A stretch of DNA of 64,000 nucleotides from Takakia lepidozioides (Eukaryota > Plantae > Bryophyta). Location: positions 18,848,001 through 18,912,000 of the forward strand of contig CM060732.1 of assembly GCA_030704615.1 (NCBI GenBank). Direction: 5' to 3'. The notes beneath the pieces are model-generated. The model was not told the origin of the DNA and made no database searches. It saw only the letters and a list, made by a program, of their open reading frames with translations. Each line of letters opens with the position of its first letter. Positions within the stretch are counted from its first letter, which is position 1. Of this stretch, positions 39,601-51,600 are shown piece by piece. A program made the translations under genes and the position numbers.

Positions 39601-42600
39601 GAGAATGATTTCAAGGGATCAGGCCAAGGCACCAGCACAGGTGCTCTTAACAACAAGGACGTTATCACATTCCTGCAACGCCTGGCGCAAGTTGACCGGC
39701 AGAGTATGAATCTGGCTGTGTTAGAGGAGTGGGAACAAAAATACCTTAATTTGCTGCACCGCCTTTGCTCTGACACTACCAAGTAAGTGTCCTTCCTCTT
39801 TAAGTGTTGAACTCACTACTGTACAGTTTTGGTCAGAACAATAGGCAGGTGGCATTAGTACGAACAGACTAAAGGACGTGTGTGGCTGATTGTTTTCAGG
39901 TACTCATTGTCAGTGAGACAAGAGGTTTTTTTGAAGGTGGAGCGACAGTACATGCTGGGATTGCGGTCACGAGACCCAGAGATGCGCCACAAGTTTTTCA
40001 CCCTGTACCATGACTCCATCGGGAAAACCTTGTTTACACGACTGCAGTACATTATTCAAACTCAGGAATGGGAGGCCCTGAGCGATGTGTTTTGGCTGAA
40101 ACAAGGCCTGGATTTGCTGCTGGCTATCCTTGTGGAGCACGAACCTATCACACTTGCCCCGAACTCTGCTCAGGTAAATATTATGTGGGGGAAAAGTGTC
40201 AGATTTGCTTTAGGAAAGAAGGGAACGGAACAATATACCCCAAAGGCTATATAAAGTAGCCACAAGGGCCTGCAACAGGAGGAGCATCTTTTGTCAGCCT
40301 TGTAGGCCAAAGTGGCTAGCCCGATCTTCTGAGGAGATTTCCTATGGGCCCTCTTTGTGAATTGAAAGCAGGCAATTGGCAAGTGAGTCAGTAACATGGT
40401 TTCACCCTTAGACATCTGGTTAGAAAGTGATGAAATAAAGAGAGAGATGAAACAATACGCTTTCTCCACCTTACCTGTTGTAACCAGGGAAGATCCTCTC
40501 TTGAGAGGCTGTGTCATCCCATCTTCCTATCTCAGTGTGGAGATTGTGGGAACCAACTCTGACATTGTCCAAAGCTTGTCCAAAGACATGGAGAACTTAG
40601 CAGTGGTAGAAAGGCATAATGATGCAGTTGTCTCAATGGCAAATTGGTCCTTGTAGAACTGATTATTTGCGGTGAGGTTTGTTGGTCCCCATGTCCGGTT
40701 AATGTGGAACTTCCTGAAAGCTTCCCTGATCAGCCTCTATTCATTTCCCTTGGTGAGGTTGACCTCTGGTGGTTGATCAGAGGGGGACAGAGGCTCTAAT
40801 CCGTGTCATGTGAGAAACTTCTGCACTCTTGGATCTCTCTCCAGCCAATCTTTGGTTGTTGCAAAAAGCTGGCAACCAACATGAGGGTAACTAGCTGTAA
40901 TTGAGGGTGACTCATATTGAAGAGGAAGAGTGTCAATATAGCTGCAGACCTAGTGCACTTAGCATCATTGTTCTAGCTGTGTTTGCCACTGATTGGCTGT
41001 AATTATAGATCCCATGTCTCTCAAGCATATAAGGCAGTGGGTGTGAACTGAGTTCACAGCTCTTTCTAGGAGGTTGACATTGCAATGTGTGGTTGATTGC
41101 CTTGCTTTACAGGCAGAGATGCAATGATCCATGCGTGCAATGTTCCATGGACAGAGTAAAACCATTGAAAGCAAATAAGAAATGAAATCCCATGATGATG
41201 TAGTGCCTCGTGCAGGCAAGTTGCAGAGCAGTTCCCAGAGTAATATTCAAAAACTTAGAAATGACGAAATGATGAACAAGATTGCTATCATGAAATACAG
41301 TGAGGTCTACTTACACAGGCAGTCAATTTAGGCAGAAACAGAGAGCCGGTTTGGTGCTGGAGCTACCGCTATCGTTCAAATCTCTACAACGGCTACACTG
41401 CTAGTGTTTTCGTTCGTGTTTGCGCTCAGATTCTGCTAGTGTCTAGTTGCAAATTTGGACGTGACGTGGCGTTGACGCGTCAGCGTCACGTCCGACGTCA
41501 GCAACGGACGTGCGTCACGTCACGTCCTAAACGGACGTTACTGTACATAAATATGTTTATTTTTTAACTTCATTATTGACTATTTACTATGAGAACCGAC
41601 GTGGCAGCCGATGTGGCCTCATTACGTGGACTTCCTTATTTATCTGTAAAATTCATATATTATGATAAATGTATATAATAGATATTGTTTGCAGTAGCCT
41701 CATGGCCCCTACAGGGCACCCAAGTTTGGACAGAGCTGATATGGGTTTGCTGTAACCTTGTTGCCATAGACCCCTCTTGAAGAGAGAGAGGCAGAGACTG
41801 GTCCCTGCCAATGTTGGCCATGGCATACCCTAGCCATGTATCATCCCTCCTGCGGTAGTGTTTCAACCCACGGGGTACTGAAAGTCAGTCCATAACTGCA
41901 TCAACCACTACTAAAAGCTTTAGGAATTCAAGTCTTGGAAGGTGCTCGACCAGACATTGAGGATAGGGTCATGCTATTGACCAAGTTACTATGTCAACGT
42001 CATGTGGGGATCTTGTGGCAATCTAAAGTCCTACAGCTCCATGGAGGATAGACTTCAAGAGCCACAGTGAGTGATACTGCTAGCAACTAGCAACGAAAAA
42101 CCTGGTATTGACATCACATTAGGGAGTGAAATGTTCATGATGGCACAGTGATGTTGCCTGTGCTCTAACATAGGTGTGACTTGTGTGGCCAGTAAGAGGT
42201 GCACCACTTAACAGTCCCAGTGCTTTGATGGTTCTCTGGGTGTCTTTGGCTTTCTGCTCGGTTGTCTTTTCTGGGAATCTGGATTGCCTGACTTTTTATC
42301 CCCAGCCTATCTTCACTGGGTGCTTCTTCGCCTCCTGGTCCTGTGGAGGATTACTTTTCTTGGCTTGCCACGGTTATGTTTGTGGTCTTCATTTAGGAGA
42401 TGTTCTGCATGTGTAAGGTTGTCATCTAGGAAAAGGATGGAAGGTTGTTAATCTGTAAAGATGTTAATATCTCCTTGATTTGTGTGCATGACAAGTGTGT
42501 CTCATGGTCTTTGCAGTCGGAGGTCTTGTTGCTTCACCCTAGATTGACTATAATCAGTTGCTGAATCCAGGTGCCCCCTCTGATGGCGTCAGGCGGTGTT

Positions 42601-45600
42601 CCTGAAAGAGCCGGCATGCAACAGCAAGTCTCTGATGCACCAGAGGAACCTGATGGTGCTCCCCCCACTTTCATTGGTATTGTGAATAAGCATGCAAGGT
42701 TCCTGAACGAAATCAGCAAGCTTCAGGTTCTCATTTTTCTTTTTCTTAATCCCTTTTCCAGATTCCTGCAAGTGGCACTTCATATTTGGGTGTTGCATTT
42801 CTCAAAGTGGGTTGCTGTTGTGCTACATTGTCCATGGGCCCTTGGGACCCTCTGTGGACACTACAAGGTGTCTTTTAACTTTCCTCCTCTCTGAGTACCA
42901 CTCTGTTTCTCCTGTCCTACATACTAAAAGATCCAAGGCAGATAATATTGTCTCTTTCAAGGGTCTTTGGCAGGGCTTTTGGCTGCCAAAGCGGTCTCCC
43001 AGCATTCTTAAAATGGTTTCTGTTGCTCTAATTTGTTCCATGGGCCCTTGGGGCCGCTGTGGACATTCCTCTTGTTTATAGAGTTTCTGTCTGTTCTTCT
43101 TTCGTTTTGTCTTAGGAAAATATATGAGCATGTCACTGTAGAAATCTTCACTGGCCCAATGCTTTGAGAAAGTTGTCCCATGGGCCCTCAGGGCTTCTGT
43201 TCATGTTGTAAAGTTTGGCCTTTTTTTTATTTCTCTCTACTTCTCAGGAAAGGGACATGCCCTTCATGTTAAGGCTTGGATTCTAACAAGTGAACCTCAC
43301 CTGCAATCATTCAACCCTCCTGGTAGGTGCAACAGATCCTAAGTGGCTGTAGGCATTATGCATAGAACTCTGGGACATGTGACACAACAAGGTAAAGATT
43401 GGATTTGATTCTATGGTTCAGGTGGCTGACCTTGTCCTTCCTCTGAGGGAACTTGCACATACGGACGCGCACGTAGCATACCATATGTGGGTTTTGGTGT
43501 TCCCGATTGTTTGGGCCACGCTCCAGAAGGAGGAGCAAGTTATGCTAGCAAAGCCAATGATTACACTCTTGTCCAAAGACTACCATAGCAAACAGCTGGA
43601 CAAAAGACCCAATGTGGTTCAAGCACTGCTGGAGGGTCTGTCCCTCAGTCAACCACAGCCCAAAATCCCCAGTGAGCTCATCAAATTTCTCGGAAGGACA
43701 TACAATGCATGGCACATTGCGATCTCGCTGCTGGAAAGCCACGTGATGCTGTTTCCACAGGTACCGTGCGTACCATGTCTATTTGGACACAGCATGTAGT
43801 ACATAGCTTCTTGTGTAACAACATTGCTCTAGCTTGACGGATGGCATTATGCTTAGCTTGACTGCAGTTCTGAATGGTTGGGCCTGGTGAAATTGTACAC
43901 ACTGTTGGGTTGGAGACATATCTTGTTGTCCTTCTGGTTTGTGTGTTGATGTGTCTTCCACTTTCAAAGATCGCTGGCAAAGACATCAGAAATCTCTGCT
44001 GCATGACTAGGCGTTAGTTACAGCAGTATGGCAGGACCAAGACAGGTTGTATAACTACACTGCAAGTGCTGCAGGAGACACGGTGTTTTGATGCACTAGC
44101 GGAGCTCTACAAGATGTTGAATGAGGAGGATGTCCGCTATGGGCTATGGAAGCGGCGCACCATCACTCCTGACACACGTGCTGGCCTGTCATTGCTCCAG
44201 CATGGTTTCTGGCAGAGGGCTCAGGACAGTTTTTACAATGCCATGAACAAGGCGACACAGGTATGGTCACTTGATCAAACTCGTTATGAGAGGGTAGCAG
44301 TTACATGGGCTGTTTCTGGTTCCCTGCATGAGGAATGTTCAGCAGCTACCCAGTCACTTTCATATGATCAAATGAGCTTCCACAAGATTAAGCTGGCCTG
44401 CACAGATACCTTAGGCTGTAAGGAGCTGTAGGGAGTAATTTTAATGTGGCTGTGCATTCATGTGGAGAAAGGGGAGCCTCTTGGATGCAAAGGATCTTTG
44501 GGATCTGATTTGTTTCTTCGTTCCTCTAGTTTGACTTTCCTGTTCTGTTGTGCCTGTGGTATACTTAATGAACATGTTTCTCCATTGCCCTCTCCTCCTT
44601 TCCTTCTTTTTTGGGTTCTGGAACTGTTGATATTCTGCAGGGATCTGACATCATAATTGACGTTCACATGGAATGATCATTTCCATACACTCTGTATTTG
44701 TTCTGGCTTCAGGGTACATACAACAGTGGAGTTGTCTCCAAGGCAGAGATGTGTCTATGGGAGGAGCAGTGGATAGCTTGTGCCCGACGGCTCAACCAGT
44801 GGGATGTCCTGGTTGACTTTGGTCGCAGCGTGGAGAACTACCTCTGTCATGATCTTGTTGACCCTCCAACCGGGGCAATTGCACTCTCGGATTTCCCTCT
44901 GCTGATTCTGTTTTGCTGTTCAAAGGTAGGTCTTCCGTGCCCGGATTTTAAAAATTTCAGGTTGCTAGTTGTCCGAGTGGTGGGTAGACCCTTGAGGTCA
45001 GTGCCAAGATTTTGCCTCGGGTCCCCCCCCTGTCCAGACTGGAAACAAGTTCAGGGAAGTTTTCTGCCTAACCTTCATTTTTCACAATCTAGACAATCTA
45101 TCTCATGGCAACAGACATGGCTGAGGACACTACAGCCTCTAAGTCCAGATTTATTTATCCTCAGCAGGGTCAAGACTTGGCGGATCCAGGTCCAGGTCCT
45201 TGAGGATCTCCTTTTTCTACTCTTACCTCGTTCTGCATGACTTAGCCATGATTTGAACAGGCGGTCCTGTTTTTCAAGATATAGAGTCGATTAACTTAGG
45301 ATATCTGGTGTTGGGCCATATGTTGCAGCTGACCCCACCATCTGAACCCGTTTGAATTCATCTCGTCCGGGGAAGGTTAAGGACGGAATGCCAAACTCAC
45401 ACCCCGAACAGCCCACATTGGCTGTTTTGGAGCATGCTGACCATACACTCCTAAGCCCGCACCCCCACTTGAATGGATTCTAGAGACTTAGCCTGGTTTG
45501 GAGTTATCAACCCATATAGCAGATCCGTACTCCAAGGCAGGTTTCTAATAACGCGACAAAGCATGGTTTTCTTAACCTCAGAGTTGACCCCTCTGCAGTG

Positions 45601-48600
45601 GAAAAATGAGTGAAGCCCCAGAGCTTTGCCCTTGCCAGTTTTTGAACAACTTTCCGGATATGTGCATCCCCAGTTACAATTGGAGGAGAACTCAGCGCCC
45701 AGGTTAAGTGTAGGAAGGGAGGACCGGGATCTCTTGCCATGATCCCTTTTTATAGACAGATGGTCCAAGGCACCTTTGCAAGTGAGTATGGGTTTTCACC
45801 ACCATTTTTTAGCCAATCCAGCTATAAAAGGGTGTGACTGGATTAACTTGCTATCTAACCTCAGAGGGGTCAACTCTGAGGTGAAGAAAACCATGCTTTG
45901 TCGCGTTATTAGATTAGACCTGCCTTGGAGTACGGTCTGCAATATGGGTTGATAACTCCAACCAGGCTAAAGTCTCTAGAATCCATTCAAGTGGGGGTGC
46001 TTAAGGAGTGTAGTCATCATGCTTCAAACCGCCAATGTGGCTGTTCCGGGGTTGAGTTTGGCATTCCGTCCTTAAGCTCCGACGAGATGAATTCCAAGGT
46101 CAGATGGTGGGGTCAGCTTGCCCCAAAATATGTCCAACACCAGGTAATCCTAGTTAATCGACATCTATATCTTGGAAACAGGAACCGCCCCCTGTCCAAA
46201 CAAGCTAGGAGTCCCTGGCAGAAGAGAGTAGAAGAGACTTCTCAAGGACCTGGAACCGCAAGTCTTGACCCCTGCTGGCTAAATCTGACGTAGAGGCTGT
46301 AGTGTCCAAAAGCCATGTACGGTGTTTGCCATGAGATTGTCTGATGAAAATGAAGATAGGCAGAAAACACTTCCCTGAACTTGTTTCCAGTCAGTGACAT
46401 GGGGGGAGGTGACGGGCTTGGATGAAACCTCAAGGGTCGTACCCACTCTCGGGCACTAGACTGAAATTTAAACTCAGGGCAGGAAGCCTACCTTTGAACA
46501 GCAGAACAGAACGCAGAGACGAAAGGGAGAGTGCAATTGCCCGTTGTGTGGGCAACCTGAAGACAGTATGTCATTTTGCCTTGATACACTGTTCTGGGTT
46601 CCTCCACCAAGAGACGCTCTCGATTCAATTCTATCAAGGAGGGAATGGTGCCTGTACCTCTGTTTACCACGCTTTGAAAAGTCTCAAGGCTGAGCCAAAG
46701 CCCAGGCCCTCCTGAGGCCTGTTGTTTTGGCAAAATCACACCAGCAGATTGATGCTTGTGTGAAGGGGATTTCTAGAGGATATCTGGAAAACCCGGGATT
46801 AATTTCTATAGATGAAGGGTAAGCTCGTACTACCAACGTCAGCCCCCCCTGACAGAGGTAGGTTCTGTCCCTCTTGTTTCCGCTCAAACTGGGCAGGGGT
46901 CAATGGCCACAAGGCTATGGCAAACAACGTCTTATGAGTACAATATGTGTGGGTAGGTGTGGCCTTTCGAGTTATTGAGGGAAGGATAGATAACAATGTT
47001 GCCCCTGGTTACACCCATGAGAAGGTGTCCACCTCACAAATAGGAGCCAGTTGTCCTATGGGGTGCAAATACACCATAGTACATGTTTGCTTTGGCATTC
47101 ACTCTCCTTTTTCATCGGCTTTTCTAAGGAGACAGAGAGGATGTCAGGCAAAGCCAGCATTTTAAAAAGCTTTCATCCCTTGCAGCCATGAGGGCAGTAG
47201 TGGATCAAGAGAAGTAAAATATAATTAGATTGGATAGGTGGAAGCCACTCACAATAATTCTGCCTTACAAAGTAGCATTTTTAGGTAAAGAAATCATGTT
47301 AAAACTGTGCTTTCAGGATGTTCCTACCAGCCTCCACAGCCCTCATAATGGAGGAGTCTCACATGTCGGGAATCCTTGCGGTTTCTTCCACATTTCTTAG
47401 TTAAGTCCAACTGTGATGCAGGTAGAGGAGTCGCCCAAGTTCCGGATGGTGCAAGCTTATGCAGCCCTCAATGAGGGTAGCCTAACCAGCGTGGGTGAGG
47501 CTGATATGCGTGTTGGACAAGGAGTGGATTTTGCGCTGCATCAATGGTGGCAACCTCCCGAGATGGCAGTGCAGTCTCACATCCCCCTCCTCCAGCAGTT
47601 TCAGCAGTTAGTTGAGCTTCAGGAGTCGGCTCGAGTTCTCTTGGAGATAGGGAATGGGAGCAAACCACAGCCCCAGGGGTCTGGACAGCAGCTTGGAGGA
47701 GTGCAGGTACTGCACATGGAATATCTATCTGTGGTTTTTACTCCATCTACGATCTACATTAAGCAGCTTCTTTGAGTGGCCAGAGTGAGCTGTAAGATTT
47801 GCATCTGTTGAATTCAAGATACAGTCTCCTGACTGTCCAGTGGAAACAGAATAGAGCAGCTTCCAACGTGGGACTAATAAATGATTGTATTGCTTGCAGG
47901 GGCCTGCAGGGCAATATGTTGACCTGAAGGATATCCTGGAGACTTGGCGATTGCGGACGCCAAATGAATGGGATGAATTGACTGTTTGGAATGAGTTGCT
48001 GCAGTGGCGTAACCATATGTATAATACAGTAATCACCGCATTCAAGGGCTTTTCAGAGACTAACCCACAGCTGCACCAGCTAGTTTTTCGCGATAAAGCA
48101 TGGAGTGTGAACAAGCTTGCCTTTGTTGCCCGTAAGCAAGGTCTGTATGAAGTCTGCGTGAATGTGCTTAACAAGATGTATGGCTTCCTCACAATGGAGG
48201 TGGCAGGTGGTCCCTTTCCCAACTATCTCGTCTGTTTTTGTCTGTCTTTTTTTCCTTCCTTTTCTCTGTAATATATCTGCTTTTCTACCATGTTTGCAAG
48301 TCGTATCTGTGCAAGTTGTCTGCATTCATCACTCATACTAACCAGTCACCAGAACTGGTTAACGATACTTATCCTGTGGTTTGAAATTCAATCTTTTTAC
48401 ATACTCATTACGCAATAGTACAGTACCTGAATTTGCTCCAGTGGGGCTGTCTCTGGCTTACAGGAGGCATTTGTCAAGATTCGAGAGCAAGCAAAGGCAT
48501 ACTTGGAGATGAAAGGAGAGTTGGTGAATGGGATGAATTTAGTCAACACCACAAATTTGGAATACTTCCCGTTGCAGCACAAGGCTGAAATCTTTAGGCT

Positions 48601-51600
48601 TAAAGGCGAGTTTTTTCAAAGAATGATGATAGTTGAGATGCAAACCCGGGGCGTGTCTTTCCACGCTGCCAGTCTGTGGGGGGGATCCCGCCCAATTTCG
48701 ACGTCTCTCTAAAAAATCAGAAAACACCTACCTAAGGGCTGAATAAGCTGGGGCAATCACTGTGATCAGGTAAGCTTACCTTTTTAGTAGACCTGGCTCT
48801 GCCCTACAGTGTTGAGTTCTGTATTGAGTCTCAAAAGGCTACTTCATATGTCTTTGTATTTGCTGTCACCCATGGGACACAGGACCTTCCCATGGATATC
48901 ATGGTAGTGTGCTTCATTTCAAAACCGATGACATGCTATCTAGTAGCCTGCCAGTGTCAGAGTTCGGGTTGAAAATTTGGTATTGTTCATTCAAGCTTTG
49001 TTGGCTATTGAATGTATTCTTGACTTGATTTGACTCTGCTGCAGGTCTACAAGGAGACTGGTGAGGAGCTTTGGCTTGAGTATGCAGTGAGCTGTTTCTT
49101 GCAAGCCATTAAGTATGGCAGCAAGCATGGGCGCAACCATCTAGCACGAGTGCTCTACTTGCTGAGCTTTGATAACCAGACAGGGGCTGTTACTAAGGCA
49201 TTTGACAAATATGGCGATTCTATCCCCCAGTGGGTGTGGCTTGCCTGGATTCCGCAACTGTTGCTCTCACTGCAGCGACCTGAAGCTGCCAGCTGCAAGA
49301 ATGTCATCCTCAAGCTTGCTGCTGTCTTCCCCCAGGTCCAACTGTGCCTATGACAATGTAGCAGGGAATAAATCTGAAAATCATTGGGGAGGCAGGAAGA
49401 GAGGAGCGAGAGAGGAAAGAGAATCACTTTTTGACTGTGGAATGCAAGTCATACTCCAAATGTAGTGCATCTGTATGATTTTGCTCGCACTTGTTTCTAT
49501 TTCAAAGAACTTAGGACTGAGTTCTATTTTTCTCTCAATGCAATGCAGGCATTATATTACTGGCTGCGCACCTACTTATTGGAGCGTCGGGATATTGCTA
49601 CAAAGACAGAAATGGTCAGAGGGGCAGCCAACCGTGTCCAGGCCCAGTTGGCTGTAGCAGCAGCGGCAAATCCGGCTAACTCCTCGGATAGCAATATGGC
49701 CCCCACAACTTCCAACAACAGCAGTGACGCCACTCCTAGCAACCAGATGGCTATACCCAACCAGGGCAACCAGGTACATGTTTCAGACTAGGTGTTGTGC
49801 TCCTCCTCCTTTCGATGGTTTCAGGTATGGAGTTCTGATGTTGGGGAAGCCTTGCCACTGCTAATCGCTGAGATAGAGTTGCCAGTTTCGAGTGGAAACC
49901 TATCTTTAGTGATGATTATCTTGAACACTTGTTTTGACATGTAGAGGAAACTGAGCTTCTATTTATGGTGGCTGGTCAGAGTAACCAGGGAGGGACTGCT
50001 TCCCAATTGCAAAGTGGCATGGTGAACGAGGGCTCCAGTGCTGGAGGACAAGAGGGAGAGAGGGGAAGTGCTGGTGGGGATGCAAATATGGGAGCTGGAC
50101 CAGAGGTTTCCGGACAATCAGGACAGGGAGACTCTCAGACAGGATTGCGAAGGATAGCAGGTGGCCCATGGCAAACAGGTTCGTCTGGACCATTGCCAGC
50201 AATGACAGCATTTGACAGGCATTCTAAGAGGCAGCTAAGGCTCTGGAGGCAGGACCATTATGCTCATCTTCCGGACCACATGGCAAGAGCTAGGTAGGCA
50301 TTTACGCACTCTCACACTTAAGCACCATTAAGTCTATATACACGGGAACAAGTCTTCTCAATTGCAGCTCTCCTCCCATACCCTTCCGCCCTCCACCCAC
50401 ATTTTGTACTCTCTCTAAGTGACGTTGGATCTATGGCTACAAAATGCTACAGCTACTGAACCCTAATGAGTGCCAAAGACAAGGACACCTGTTCACTCAA
50501 TTGGCACCTCTGGATTTGCTTACAGGTGATGCTAACAGAGATAGGGGCCCGATTTGTCCCACTTCCTGAAGAGAGACTCCTGGCAGTTGTCCATGCACTG
50601 CTGCACCGTTGCTACAAGTACCCAACAGCCACGACAGCCGAGGTGCCCCAGTCTCTAAAGAAAGAGCTAGCTGGTGTTTGCCGGGCATGCTTTTCAACAG
50701 ACACAATCAACAAGCATGTTGACTTCGTAAATGAGTACAAACGTGAGTTTGAGAGGGACCTTGACCCTGAAAGTGCGGGCACATTTCCGGCAACACTAGC
50801 AGAGCTCACCGAAAGGCTTAAGCACTGGAAGGGAGTGTTGCAAGTACGTTTCTCGATTTGACTCTGGATTTCCAGTTGAGTCTAACTAAAGAGTCCCCAT
50901 AAGGAAACTGTGTGGAAGTGTATATGGGTAAGATCAGCAATCTGTTGCTGTGAAAAAGTGTTCAGTATTTCTTTTGTCTTCTGTCAGTTTTCTTACTTCA
51001 GTGGTTTGTTTTTCATTATATTTGGTCTTCTTTCCGTCAGAGCAATGTGGAGGACCGGCTGCCGGCAGTGTTGAAGTTGGAAGAAGAGAGCCGTAGCCTC
51101 CGTGAGTTTCATGTTCTTGATATCGAGGTCCCTGGGCAATACTTCAATGACCAGGTACTATGAAGTTTTGCGTATACTTTAGGCTGGGTTCATTGGATGT
51201 GTGGAATCTCCTCACACCAACAATTTGTGGAAGCACTTGAAGCTCTTGCAGTTCTGATGGAAGTCCACCTAGGAGGCCTGGAAAGTGCCTCTAAGTTTAA
51301 AGCAATAAAATGAAGCATATAGAATCATATTGAATGTGAGCAATCTTCCACTCACTCGACAGTTCTTTAAGACTTACAATTGAAGGTTTGAAGACTTTCA
51401 TACAATTCGAAGTGTGGGCACTGCAAGGCTGAGCATGGACATCACCCACTGAAAGATTCTCAAATATGTAGTTTTCTGTGTACTGCATAACAGGAGGTGG
51501 CCCCAGACCACACAGTGAAGCTGGATAGGATTGGTGCGGATGTACCAATTGTGCGGCGCCATGGTAGCAGCCACCGCAGACTCACCCTGGTTGGCAGTGA

